DNA of 64,000 bases from Clostridia bacterium (GTDB taxonomy: Bacteria > Bacillota > Clostridia > Oscillospirales > CAG-272), in NCBI GenBank assembly GCA_017935065.1, contig JAGBIF010000019.1, positions 64,985 to 128,984 of the forward strand, read 5' to 3'. A model generated the notes under the pieces. It was not told where the DNA came from, made no database searches, and saw only the letters and a program-made list of their open reading frames with translations. Below are positions 36,439 through 45,797 of the stretch, piece after piece; the stretch's first letter is position 1, and every line of letters starts with the position of its first letter. Position numbers and translations under genes: made by a program.

Positions 36439-37431
36439 TTATTTGAAAAGCTTGTTCGCAGATTTTACGAAATCGCTGACGTATATAGTACAGCCTGCTG
36501 AAATGATCTCGTCGTTGCCCTTACCCGTATTGCTGATAAGAGACGGTATGCCGTCCTTGCCAAGACCGACGAGCTCGTTAGCAAACACATCCGCCTGCTC
36601 ATACCACTCAAGTCTTGCATTGCCGTATTTCTTCATATTATAGTCATCGCCAAGAGCTCGCTTTGACTTGCTCGGCTCGTTCTTTACGGGTGAGCCCGCA
36701 AGAGTAAACTTAACGTCGGTATTGATAGCATCTATCGTAGCCGCGGTTATCCTTTCACCAGAGACGGTAGCAGCCGTTGCGGTGAGAGCAACCTGAACCT
36801 TGCCGTCACCCTCCGAAGAGGCATCCTTGCTATCGCCCGCGGACTGAGTTGCGACGATACCGAGACGAATCTCGTCCTCCCCGTCGGCATCCGATGCCTT
36901 AAGGTTAGAAAACGCCTCGTTGATAGCCTTTACGAAATCCGTAACGGTAATAGTGCAACCCGCCTCAATTATTTCATCGGTGCCCTTACCGCTGTCGGTA
37001 ACAAGTGCCGCGATCTCCTGAGCAGACTTACCGATTACCTTTTGCTCAAAGGCATCGCACTGAAGATACCATTCGGTCTTGCCGATATTGCTCATTCCGT
37101 AGGCATTTCCCTTCTCGCCCTTGGTCATAAGCTCGCTGCCCGCAACGACCTTGCCCTCGCTTGTAAACGATGCCGTGGCATCCAGCGCGTCGATTTCTAT
37201 ATCAAGCACGCGATTATCCTTATCTACAAGCAGCGCGCACACGGTATAGCTTATTTTAGCCGAGCCTGCCTTATCCGCCGTAGCATCGGCATAGCTTCCG
37301 ACCGAGGCGTATATTCCGAGACCTATAGAGTTGCCGCTCGGCGCAAAGATCAGCTGTGAGGTGAGGCTTGCCGCCGCAAGTAAAACGGCAAAAAGCAGCG
37401 CCAGAGTAAGCAATTTCTTTGAATTTAGCAT
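36439..37431 (-). CDS. Membrane-anchored extracytoplasmic protein with two FMN_bind-like repeats carrying an AGCT motif
   Basis: The start at MLNSKKLL follows GGAG at a 6-nt spacing. Two ~150-aa repeats end in GKGTDEIIEAGCTITVTDFVKAINEAF and GKGNDEIISAGCTIYVSDFVKSANKLF, which resemble the canonical FMN_bind ending (D..SGAT.TS). The gene is adjacent to apbE. Confidence 0.55.
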   Translation of the reverse strand: MLNSKKLLTLALLFAVLLAAASLTSQLIFAPSGNSIGLGIYASVGSYADATADKAGSAKISYTVCALLVDKDNRVLDIEIDALDATASFTSEGKVVAGSELMTKGEKGNAYGMSNIGKTEWYLQCDAFEQKVIGKSAQEIAALVTDSGKGTDEIIEAGCTITVTDFVKAINEAFSNLKASDADGEDEIRLGIVATQSAGDSKDASSEGDGKVQVALTATAATVSGERITAATIDAINTDVKFTLAGSPVKNEPSKSKRALGDDYNMKKYGNARLEWYEQADVFANELVGLGKDGIPSLISNTGKGNDEIISAGCTIYVSDFVKSANKLFK

Positions 37432-37495
37432 ATATTTCTCCATTCCGTCACAGAGGTGACATTATAAGGATTTATGGATTTTCGGTAAATATGAA

Positions 37496-37996
37496 TTATT
37501 TTATCTCGGGCACGCGCTTTATGACGAGAGCCGAGAGAAGTCCTACAAATACTCCCGCAAGAGTTCCCGTTACGGCAAGAACCGCCATATAATAGAGTAT
37601 TTCTCTTGTGCTTAAAAGCACCGCCGCCATAAGTATTTGCCCAAGATTGTGCATAACACCGCCCGCAATGCTTACTCCAACGGTAGAAAACAGGCGACAT
37701 TTCTTTAAAAGAAGCATAGTAACGAAGCTAAGAACGGCTCCCGCGAGACTGTACGCAAAGGTAAGTGCCGTACCGAAAAGAAGTGCCGAAAGGCATACTC
37801 TGACGAAGGACACTCCCATAGCGTGCAAGGGACCGAGCCTGTAAAGAAGGAAAATTACAACGACATTGGCAAGCCCCAGCTTTATGCCAGGCACCGCACT
37901 GAAAACGGGCGGCAGCAGAAACTCGATATACGAAAGTATCATCGCAACCGAGACTGCTATTGCAAGAGTGGTGAGAGTTCTGATTTGCTTTTTCAT
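37496..37996 (-). CDS. Gx transporter family membrane protein (Hpre_diP_synt_I / PF07456-like)
   Basis: 166 aa with ~5 TM helices. Motifs PGIKLGLANVVVIFLLY and GGVMHNLGQIL. Confidence 0.75.
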   Translation of the reverse strand: MKKQIRTLTTLAIAVSVAMILSYIEFLLPPVFSAVPGIKLGLANVVVIFLLYRLGPLHAMGVSFVRVCLSALLFGTALTFAYSLAGAVLSFVTMLLLKKCRLFSTVGVSIAGGVMHNLGQILMAAVLLSTREILYYMAVLAVTGTLAGVFVGLLSALVIKRVPEIK

Positions 37997-38004
37997 ACAG
38001 CCCC

Positions 38005-38385
38005 CTACTCCACCGCGACAACAAGCTTATTCGGCAGACATACTATCGTCTCGCCCGATTTTGATATCGGTCGGTGATTTTTGCAGATTTTATCGGGGCA
38101 TCCCGCCTCGGTTACACGCACCTCACCGCCGCTTATTACCACGGTGTTGTAGGCGTTCCCTCTTTCATCACCTACGGTGAACTGTGCATCCTCCCTCAAG
38201 GGATGGCGCGATATTTCCTCGTTGCCCGAGCGTATGACTACCCACTCTCCCTCCTCACCCGCAAGGATGAATACAAGGTACAGGGAAAGCGCTATAAGCA
38301 AAACCAGAGCAACGAGAAGAAGATCGTATAATACTCTGCCTCCCCGAGGCTTCGGGGCGGCAGAGAGATTTTTGTTTTCCGACAT
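38005..38385 (-). CDS. NusG domain II-containing membrane-anchored protein
   Basis: 126 aa with one TM helix. C-terminus GGEVRVTEAGCPDKICKNHRPISKSGETIVCLPNKLVVAV is the NusG_II pattern. Confidence 0.75.
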   Translation of the reverse strand: MSENKNLSAAPKPRGGRVLYDLLLVALVLLIALSLYLVFILAGEEGEWVVIRSGNEEISRHPLREDAQFTVGDERGNAYNTVVISGGEVRVTEAGCPDKICKNHRPISKSGETIVCLPNKLVVAVE

Positions 38386-38389
38386 TAAT

Positions 38390-39202
38390 TTAACCTATTG
38401 TGTGAGCCTCAAAATCAACGCTCTTGATACATTTTTTAGGACATACGGCAACGCACTCGCGACAGCCTGTGCATTTTTCGTAATCAATAACAGCGAGGTT
38501 ATTTACTACGGTAATTGCTCCGTGAGGGCAGGTCTTTTCGCACTTGCGGCAGGCAATACAGCCGACCTTACAGGTCTTGTTTGCCACAGCGCCCGTATCG
38601 TGATTAGAGCAGATAACCGCCGCCCTGGCAGTCCTTGGAAGCATTGAAATAATGTGCTTGGGACAGGTCTTGGCGCACATTCCGCAGCCGATGCAAAGTC
38701 TTGTGTCAACCCTTGCAATGCCGTCCTTTACGCAGATGGCATCCGCGGGGCAGACATCGGCACAGTCACCGCAGCCAAGACAGGAATAAATACAGCTTTC
38801 ACCGCCGCCGAAGGTAAGGCAAGCAGCCTTACAGCTTGAGCAGCCGTCAACCTCCGCGCATTTTGAGGTATGCTCATCGGTGCCGTTGCAGTGGACGAAG
38901 GCGCAAACAGCAACAGCCTCCTCTGCCGCAACTCCGAGCGCCGCGGCAATCGCGCTAGCGGCACCCGCTCCGCCGGGGATACAGAGGTTGGTCTTAACTC
39001 CGCCCTTGGCAAGCGCCTCGGCGTAGCCGTCACAGCCCGTGTAGCCGCACGCGCCGCAGTTGGCGCCAGGGAGGCACTCTCGCACTCTATTGACCGTCTC
39101 ATCGACCTCAACTCCCATATAATGGGATGCGAGCGCGAGAAGAACGGCACAGATAAGTCCTGCGGCAAAAAGTATTACGATAGCAAGAATAATATCAGTC
39201 AT
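38390..39202 (-). CDS. rnfB: Rnf complex subunit B (polyferredoxin)
   Basis: 270 aa with an N-terminal TM helix, CGACGYTGC and several CxxCxxCxxxCP motifs. Confidence 0.88.
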   Translation of the reverse strand: MTDIILAIVILFAAGLICAVLLALASHYMGVEVDETVNRVRECLPGANCGACGYTGCDGYAEALAKGGVKTNLCIPGGAGAASAIAAALGVAAEEAVAVCAFVHCNGTDEHTSKCAEVDGCSSCKAACLTFGGGESCIYSCLGCGDCADVCPADAICVKDGIARVDTRLCIGCGMCAKTCPKHIISMLPRTARAAVICSNHDTGAVANKTCKVGCIACRKCEKTCPHGAITVVNNLAVIDYEKCTGCRECVAVCPKKCIKSVDFEAHTIG

Positions 39203-39214
39203 TACTATACCTCC

Positions 39215-39820
39215 TTATACCGCGGGGAAAAGATTTTCAACGATTCCGCCAAAGCCCATAAACGCAAGAGCAACTATGGATGCGGATATAAGCGTAATAG
39301 GAAGTCCCTTGAAGTGCTGTGGCACATCGCTCTCATCAAGTCTTGAGCGAACACCCGCAAAGAGCACCATCGCAAGAAGGAAGCCGAGACCGCAGCCGAG
39401 TGCGGCAACTATGGATTCAAGGAAATTATAGCCGTCGTTGATGTTGTTGATGGTTACACCGAGCACCGCACAGTTGGTAGTAATAAGAGGAAGATAAACG
39501 CCAAGGCTCTTATGAAGGGCGGGCATAAACTTCTTCAGAACTATTTCAATGAACTGAACGAGCGCGGCGATAACGAGGATAAATACTATCGTCTGAAGAT
39601 ATCCGAGACCGAGAGGATCAAGGATAAAGGTCTGTATAGGCCAGGTCGCGAGAGTTGCCATTATCATAACGAAGATAACCGAAACACCCATACCAGTTGC
39701 CTGATCAAGCTTCTTCGATACACCGAGGAAGGGGCATATTCCAAGAAATCTTGATAAAACATAGTTATTGACCAAAACAGAGCCCATAAGGATTATTACG
39801 AGAGATCTGAAAAGCTCCAT
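39215..39820 (-). CDS. rnfA: Rnf complex subunit A
   Basis: 201 aa, polytopic, with motifs NNYVLSRFLGICPFLGVS and ITTNCAVLG. Confidence 0.88.
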   Translation of the reverse strand: MELFRSLVIILMGSVLVNNYVLSRFLGICPFLGVSKKLDQATGMGVSVIFVMIMATLATWPIQTFILDPLGLGYLQTIVFILVIAALVQFIEIVLKKFMPALHKSLGVYLPLITTNCAVLGVTINNINDGYNFLESIVAALGCGLGFLLAMVLFAGVRSRLDESDVPQHFKGLPITLISASIVALAFMGFGGIVENLFPAV

Positions 39821-40539
39821 TATGCCTCGCCTCCCTTCTCCTGTGCCTCAGGTGCCGAGGAGCAGCCTGCACATTCCTTTGAGCCGCATACGCCCGCTGA
39901 CGGACAGCCCTCGCAGGAAAAGCTCTTTTTCTTGGGATACTTGCCCTTGGTGATAAAGCTTGTCAGGGCAATCATTACACCGAACACGAAGAAGCCTCCA
40001 GGGGGCTGGGTAAGGAAGGCTATCTTGAACGGCTCAAGGAAGGGTATCGCAATTCCGAAGAAGCTTGCGTTTCCAAGCACCTCGCGGACGGTTGCCATAG
40101 CGGTGAGCGCTACGGTAAAGCCAAGTCCCATTCCGAGACCGTCAAGGGCGGATTTTCCTACCGAATTCTTGTTAGCGAACATTTCGGCGCGGCCGAGAAT
40201 GATACAGTTAACCGTTATCAGCGCCAAATATATACCCAATAGCTCATACAAATCGGGTAAATATGCGTGCATTATCATCTGAACGAGGGTTACGAAGCCC
40301 GCGATAACGACGATATAGCAGGGGATACGAACCGTATCGGGAATAACCTTACGAAGAAGCGAAATTACCGCGTTTGAGCAGATAAGCACCACCATTGCGG
40401 CAAGTCCCATACTGATAGCGCCGAGAAGCGTAGTGGATACAGCAAGCGTCGGACAGGTACCGAGAACCAGCACGAATACGGGGTTTTCAAAGAGAATACC
40501 GTTTAAAATAAGCTCTTTTGCGCCATTTTTCTTTTCCAT
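39820..40539 (-). CDS. rnfE: Rnf complex subunit E with a Cys-rich C-terminal tail
   Basis: 239 aa with ENPVFVLVLGTCPTLAVS and ITVNCIILGRAE. The tail reads SCEGCPSAGVCGSKECAGCSS. Confidence 0.85.
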   Translation of the reverse strand: MEKKNGAKELILNGILFENPVFVLVLGTCPTLAVSTTLLGAISMGLAAMVVLICSNAVISLLRKVIPDTVRIPCYIVVIAGFVTLVQMIMHAYLPDLYELLGIYLALITVNCIILGRAEMFANKNSVGKSALDGLGMGLGFTVALTAMATVREVLGNASFFGIAIPFLEPFKIAFLTQPPGGFFVFGVMIALTSFITKGKYPKKKSFSCEGCPSAGVCGSKECAGCSSAPEAQEKGGEA

Positions 40540-41063
40540 TACTGTGCTCCTCCCTTCGCTGAAATTATAATTGCCGCATCAAGTGCCGCCTTTACTGCGT
40601 TTCTGTAAGCCTTCGTGGTCTTGGTAACACCTGAGACGGTTGCGACAGAGTCGATAGTCTCGGCAGTAGCACCGACGGTCTTATCACCGTAGGTCTTTTC
40701 CTCGCCGTAGGTTTCGGCACTTGCGAGGCATTTCGCGCCGCTCACGGCACCGTTTTCATCAATTCCTACCATTATTACAAGTCCAGCCTGGTGTCCTGCC
40801 GTGGTAAGCTTTACAACGTAGCCACCGAGCGTGTCGGAATAGATGTCGGTTATAGTAGCGTCAAGTCCCTCGTAATCGGTAAGAGTGAGAGGGGTGAAGC
40901 TGTCGGCACCCGGGCGAACCTCGGCGAGCGCCTTGTTTGTAGCTTCGATTTCGGCCTGCTCAATAACGGGGGCGGTGATGAAGTTTACTACACCTAAAAG
41001 CGCGGCTATCGTAAGGCAGATAAGCGAGAGCACCGCAATGCTCTTTAAATACTTTGAATTCAT
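40539..41063 (-). CDS. rnfG: Rnf complex subunit G (FMN-binding)
   Basis: 174 aa with an N-terminal TM helix and FMN_bind-like C-terminus VSGVTKTTKAYRNAV. Confidence 0.85.
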   Translation of the reverse strand: MNSKYLKSIAVLSLICLTIAALLGVVNFITAPVIEQAEIEATNKALAEVRPGADSFTPLTLTDYEGLDATITDIYSDTLGGYVVKLTTAGHQAGLVIMVGIDENGAVSGAKCLASAETYGEEKTYGDKTVGATAETIDSVATVSGVTKTTKAYRNAVKAALDAAIIISAKGGAQ

Positions 41064-42001
41064 TTTGCCACACCTCCTGCTCCGAACGGACGCCTTGCCG
41101 TAAATCTATCGATATAGGGGGTAAGAATATTCATAATAAGGATGGCAAACGAGGCACCCTCGGGATACGCGCCGAAGAAGCGGATAAGCACGGTAAGAAG
41201 TCCCGCACCGATGCCGAAAACCGCCTTGCCAAGTCCCGTAGTGGGGGTGGTCGAGTAGTCGGTCGCCATAAAGAACGCGGCAAGCACGACACCTCCCGAA
41301 AGCACCCATGCAAGGGCGCCTGTGAGGCTGAAGCCCTCTCTTATAAGCGACATAAGGAATACAGTCGCGATGTAGCAAACGGGGGCATGCCAGGAGATCA
41401 CCTTGCGTGCAAGAAGATAGATGCCACCGATAAGAAGCGCAAGGATGCACACCTCGCCGATAGCACCGCCCTTATCACCGATAAAGAGCGAGAGAAGGTC
41501 GAGCTTCTTGCCCTCAGAGAGCAGAACGAGAGGGGTTGCTCCGCCCACCGTCTCCCAGACGGGGTACGCGGCGGACTTACCTACCTCAACGAAGGCGATA
41601 AGCATAAAAATTCTCGCGGTGATGGCAGGGTTTGCGAAGTTTCTGCCGATACCGCCGAAAAGACATTTTACGCACACTACGGCAAATACCGCACCGATAA
41701 CTGCCTGCCATACGGGAATATTTGCGGGAAGGTTGAGGGCTAAAAGAAGTCCTGTTACCGCGGCACTTAAATCGCCCGCGGTGTTCGGCTTCTTGGTGAT
41801 TTTACAGTAAACAAACTCACTGAGAACAGCCGCCGCTACGGTTGCGGCAATGACGAGCATAGCTCCCCAACCGAATATGAAGCAGCCTGCGATTGCCGCG
41901 GGGGCAAGCGCGATAAGCACGTCAAGCATTATCGACTGCGTGGTTCTCGGGCTCTTGAAGTGAGGCGATACCGAAATATGAAGCTTGTTATTCGTTTCCA
42001 T
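41060..42001 (-). CDS. rnfD: Rnf complex subunit D
   Basis: 313 aa, polytopic, with the GGATPL flavinylation-site region and NQR2/RnfD-type helices. Confidence 0.88.
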   Translation of the reverse strand: METNNKLHISVSPHFKSPRTTQSIMLDVLIALAPAAIAGCFIFGWGAMLVIAATVAAAVLSEFVYCKITKKPNTAGDLSAAVTGLLLALNLPANIPVWQAVIGAVFAVVCVKCLFGGIGRNFANPAITARIFMLIAFVEVGKSAAYPVWETVGGATPLVLLSEGKKLDLLSLFIGDKGGAIGEVCILALLIGGIYLLARKVISWHAPVCYIATVFLMSLIREGFSLTGALAWVLSGGVVLAAFFMATDYSTTPTTGLGKAVFGIGAGLLTVLIRFFGAYPEGASFAILIMNILTPYIDRFTARRPFGAGGVAK

Positions 42002-43320
42002 TACTTCTTCTCTGCCTCCTTTTTCTTCATTGCTTCCTCGCGAAGCAGCGCCTTTGAGAGCTTGTTGGTCTCAACGAGCCTCTGTCCTGCAGGACAGGTA
42101 TATGAGCAGCAGCCGCACTCCATACAAATGTCAACGCGAAGCTGCGCAAGCGCATCGGTGTCGCCACTCTTGTAGGCTCTCATAATAGCCGCGGGATTTA
42201 GACTTACGGGACAGTGGTTGGCACAGCCTCCGCAGCGTATGCACGCCGTCTCGGGCTTGGGCGCGGCATCCTTTTCATCAAAGGCCACGGTCGCGTTGGT
42301 ATTCTTCATAACGGGCGTATCTAGAGTAGGCACCGCGATGCCCATCATAGGTCCGCCGAGAAGCACCTTCTTGGGCTCACATCTAAAGCCGCCTGCAAAC
42401 TCAAATACATCCGAAAGCTTAGTTCCTATTGGAACTATAAGGTTTTTGGGCTCCTTAACTGCAGAGCCGTCGACGGTAACGCACTTAGATACGATGGGCA
42501 TGCCCGTCGCGATATAGTTACCGATAGCGCCGAGGGTGGTGACGTTTACTACGATACACCCGACATCAAGAGGAAGCTTTCCTGCGGGTATAACCTTTCC
42601 CGTAGTGTGATAGACGAGCACCTTCTCGCCGCCCTGAGGATAGAGACTGGGAAGCACCTTGACGGTAATTCTCTCATCCGCCTCAAGCGCGCGCATTGCC
42701 TCGATTGCCTTAGGCTTATTGTTTTCAATGCCGATAATTACTCTGCCGATATCAATGTACCTAAGAATATAGTCGATAGCACGCCTGATATCCTCGGTCT
42801 TGTCAATCATAGTGCGGGTGTCGCTCGTTATATACGGCTCGCACTCGGCACCGTTGATGATCATTTCGTCAACGTGCTTGCCCTCGGGTGTGTTAAATTT
42901 GATGTAGGACGGGAAGCCCGCGCCTCCAAGTCCAACCGTACCCGCGTTCTTGATAGCCTCGATAAGAGTTTCCTTCGAGTCAACCGTGGGTGCCTTGATT
43001 TCGGGATCGGGTGTCATCTCGCCGTCGGATTTGATTACCACAGCACAGCCCTTGGTGCCGTTTGAAAGTATAATCTCCTCAAGCTTCGCGACGGTGCCCG
43101 AAACGCTGGAATATACGGGGGCGCTGACAAAGCCGCTCTGAGCACCGATCAGAGTACCGACGTAAACCTTGTCCCCGACCTTAACAACGGGGTCGGCAGG
43201 CTTACCGATATGCATAGACATCGGAATGGTTACAGTCTCGGGTGGCACCATTCTGACAGGCTTCATATCCGCCGTATTTTTTCTGTGTGGCACGTGTATA
43301 CCGTGTAGAGAAAAAAGCAT
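42001..43320 (-). CDS. rnfC: Rnf complex subunit C
   Basis: 439 aa with GLGGAGFP and two 4Fe-4S motifs, CIRCGGCANHCP and CMECGCCSYTCP. Confidence 0.9.
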   Translation of the reverse strand: MLFSLHGIHVPHRKNTADMKPVRMVPPETVTIPMSMHIGKPADPVVKVGDKVYVGTLIGAQSGFVSAPVYSSVSGTVAKLEEIILSNGTKGCAVVIKSDGEMTPDPEIKAPTVDSKETLIEAIKNAGTVGLGGAGFPSYIKFNTPEGKHVDEMIINGAECEPYITSDTRTMIDKTEDIRRAIDYILRYIDIGRVIIGIENNKPKAIEAMRALEADERITVKVLPSLYPQGGEKVLVYHTTGKVIPAGKLPLDVGCIVVNVTTLGAIGNYIATGMPIVSKCVTVDGSAVKEPKNLIVPIGTKLSDVFEFAGGFRCEPKKVLLGGPMMGIAVPTLDTPVMKNTNATVAFDEKDAAPKPETACIRCGGCANHCPVSLNPAAIMRAYKSGDTDALAQLRVDICMECGCCSYTCPAGQRLVETNKLSKALLREEAMKKKEAEKK

Positions 43321-43354
43321 AAAGTCCTTCCTTCCTGATAAAAATTATGTATAA

Positions 43355-43384
43355 ATTATAAACGCGGGATAACTATTTTGTCAA
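43355..43384 (-). promoter_or_regulatory. Sigma-A promoter of the rnf operon
   Basis: The minus strand reads TTGACA-18 nt-TATAAT, ~35 nt upstream of the rnfC start. Confidence 0.6.
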
Positions 43385-43537
43385 GTAAAAGATTTTTGTG
43401 CAATTTTGACAACAAATATGCAATGAACTTTGTTTATTTTTTAACAATCTTTGCTTTAAAAGCCAAAGACTTCGGCTTGTCAGGCAAAAAATCCATATGT
43501 TCTTATGCCGTGAGGCGTAGATTTATATTATCAAAAA

Positions 43538-43590
43538 AGCACTCCAAGCTTAAGCTGTATTTTGCATAAGCTCGGTGTGCTTTTATTTGG
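43538..43590. terminator. Bidirectional terminator-like hairpin downstream of the aldo/keto reductase gene
   Basis: Imperfect 15-nt arms agcactccaagctta / taagctcggtgtgct, flanked by an A-run and a T-run. Confidence 0.5.
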
Positions 43591-43632
43591 CGTTTTTATA
43601 GTGTCAAATTGCGTTTATGGAAACTATTATTG

Positions 43633-44661
43633 TCATTTTATGCTTGTTTTACCTGAAATTATGTTTTTGTAGTCCTCAAGATTTTTACGAAGAAGCTCGG
43701 GTGTATTAAGTCCGTACGGACACTTTGAGGCACAGCTGTTACAGCCTATGCAATCCTCGATAAGAAGCATCTTCTTCTGCCACTCGGGTGTGAGGTAAGG
43801 CTCCGAGGGCGAGCGTCTGATAAGCTGTGACATTCTCGCCGAGTTATTTATCTCAATTCCGACAGGACAGGGCATACAGTAGCCGCATCCGCGGCAGAAG
43901 CCGCCCACAAGCTCCCGTCTGTCGGCATCTATGAGCCTCATCATATCATCGTCAAGCTGTATTTCTTCCTTGCCGAGAGCCAGGAACTCATCAAGCTCAG
44001 AGCGCTTCTGAACACCCCATATAGGCAGAACGTTATCGTAGGCAAGCATCCATGCGTAGGCAAGTCTTGCATTTGTGATAAGTCCGCCCGAGAGCCCCTT
44101 CATCGCGATAAAGCCGACGTTTTTCTCCCTACACAATTTTACAAGCTCTATATCTCCCTCGGTGGCAAGATAGCAAAAGGGAAACTGAAGCGTCTCATAC
44201 AAGTCCGAAAGCACCGCCTCTTTTGCAACGTCGGGGCGGTGATTGGTAATACCGATGTGCTTGATAAGCCCCTGCCTTTTCGCATCCAGAAGCACCTCAT
44301 ACATACCGCTTCCGTCATCAGGCCTTGGCATAACCGAGGGGTTATGAAACTGATATATATCAATATAGTCGGTCTTGAGAAGCTCAAGCGAGGTGTGAAG
44401 GTCGCGGATAAGCCCCTCCTTGTCCTTCGCGTGGGATTTTGTCGCTATTGTGATTTTATCTCTTACTGGGGACAGAGCAAGACCTATTTTTTTCTCGCTG
44501 TCGGTATACATACGCGCGGTGTCGAAGAAGGTTATTCCCTCCTCGTACGCGTGGATCAGAAGCTCTGCCGCAAGGGATTCGCTTACTCTTTGTATAGGAA
44601 GCGCGCCAAAGGCGTTCTTCGGTGAGGTTATGCCTGTCCTGCCAAGCGTTACTGTTTTCAT
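43633..44661 (-). CDS. Aldo/keto reductase fused to a C-terminal 4Fe-4S ferredoxin-type domain
   Basis: Start MKTVTLGRTGI. AKR core (FFDTARMYTDSE, DIYQFHNP). C-terminal CRGCGYCMPCP and CIGCNSCASKCP. Confidence 0.8.
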   Translation of the reverse strand: MKTVTLGRTGITSPKNAFGALPIQRVSESLAAELLIHAYEEGITFFDTARMYTDSEKKIGLALSPVRDKITIATKSHAKDKEGLIRDLHTSLELLKTDYIDIYQFHNPSVMPRPDDGSGMYEVLLDAKRQGLIKHIGITNHRPDVAKEAVLSDLYETLQFPFCYLATEGDIELVKLCREKNVGFIAMKGLSGGLITNARLAYAWMLAYDNVLPIWGVQKRSELDEFLALGKEEIQLDDDMMRLIDADRRELVGGFCRGCGYCMPCPVGIEINNSARMSQLIRRSPSEPYLTPEWQKKMLLIEDCIGCNSCASKCPYGLNTPELLRKNLEDYKNIISGKTSIK

Positions 44662-44715
44662 ATTATCTCTTTCCTTTTCTTCCCTGTCTTTTATAAACCG
44701 CAAAGCGATGAGTGC

Positions 44716-45738
44716 TTAAAGAATTTTTGCAAGCTCGTCTATTTCCTCTTTCGTCGTGGCAAAGCTCGTCGCAAAGCGCACTACAAGCCTTTCTCCGTCA
44801 AGCCTCTCCCAGAAGCTCATTTTTACCGATTTTGAAAGCTGCTCGTACTGTGAATTCGTTAAAATTACGAATTGCTGATTTGTGGGCGAATTAAGGTAGA
44901 GAGGATAGCCCTTTTCCCTGAGCATTGCCTTAAGCTCGTTTGCGCGCTCGATTGCGTTTCTGCTGATCTCATAATAAAGCCCGTCCTTGAAGAGCGTGTA
45001 GAACTGCACGCCGAAAAGTCTGCCCTTCGCTACCATAGCTCCGTGCTGCTTGGTAAGGCTCCAGAATCTCTCGGGGGCGCCGTACGGAAAAACGACCGCC
45101 TCACCGCAAAGCGCGCCGACCTTCGTGCCTCCGATATAGAAAACGTCACAAAGCTCAGCAAGATCGGCAAGGGTAACATCAGTGCCGTCGGCACAAAGTC
45201 CGTAGCCGAGCCTCGCTCCGTCAACAAAAAGCTTCATCTCATATCTTTCGCATATATCCGAAAGACGCTCAAGCTCAGCTCTTGTGTAAAGCGTACCGTA
45301 CTCGGTGGGGTGAGAGATGTAGATCATACCTGGTCTTACCATCATCACATTGTTTTCATCCTTGTAAAAGGTATCAAGATAGGCCTCGGCTTTATCAATA
45401 TCGAGCTTGCCTTCAAGTGCGGGAAGCTCTATTACCTTGTGTCCCGTATATTCGATAGCTCCTACCTCGTGAAGCGAGACGTGTCCTGTCGCGGGGGCAA
45501 TTACTCCCTCATCAAGCTTAAGACAGGTCGCGATGACCGTCTTATTCGCCTGCGTTCCTCCCGTGAGATAATAGACCTCGGCAGAGGGAGCCTTGCACTC
45601 CGCGCGAATACAGTCGGTGGCAAGGGATGTGTACTTATCCCTGCCGTAGCCCGAAAGCGGCTCGTCATTGGTTTCTATAAGCGCCTTAAGTATATCAGGA
45701 TGCGCACCCTTTATGTAATCACTTTCAAAATTAAGCAT
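44716..45738 (-). CDS. PLP-dependent threonine aldolase / beta-eliminating lyase family enzyme
   Basis: MLNFESDYIKGAHPDILKAL...SGYGRD, TGGTQAN and FYIGGTKVGA (putative PLP Lys). The start at 45738 lies downstream of the predicted promoter and has a GGGGA RBS. Confidence 0.7.
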   Translation of the reverse strand: MLNFESDYIKGAHPDILKALIETNDEPLSGYGRDKYTSLATDCIRAECKAPSAEVYYLTGGTQANKTVIATCLKLDEGVIAPATGHVSLHEVGAIEYTGHKVIELPALEGKLDIDKAEAYLDTFYKDENNVMMVRPGMIYISHPTEYGTLYTRAELERLSDICERYEMKLFVDGARLGYGLCADGTDVTLADLAELCDVFYIGGTKVGALCGEAVVFPYGAPERFWSLTKQHGAMVAKGRLFGVQFYTLFKDGLYYEISRNAIERANELKAMLREKGYPLYLNSPTNQQFVILTNSQYEQLSKSVKMSFWERLDGERLVVRFATSFATTKEEIDELAKIL

Positions 45739-45767
45739 AATATTCCCCATATAATTTATTTTAGGAT

Positions 45768-45797
45768 ATTTTACCATATACAAGGTGTCCCTGTCAA
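45768..45797 (-). promoter_or_regulatory. Sigma-A-like promoter for the aldolase/AKR genes
   Basis: The minus strand reads TTGACA-18 nt-TAAAAT. It overlaps the 5' end of the ORF-track prediction, which argues for the internal start. Confidence 0.55.
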
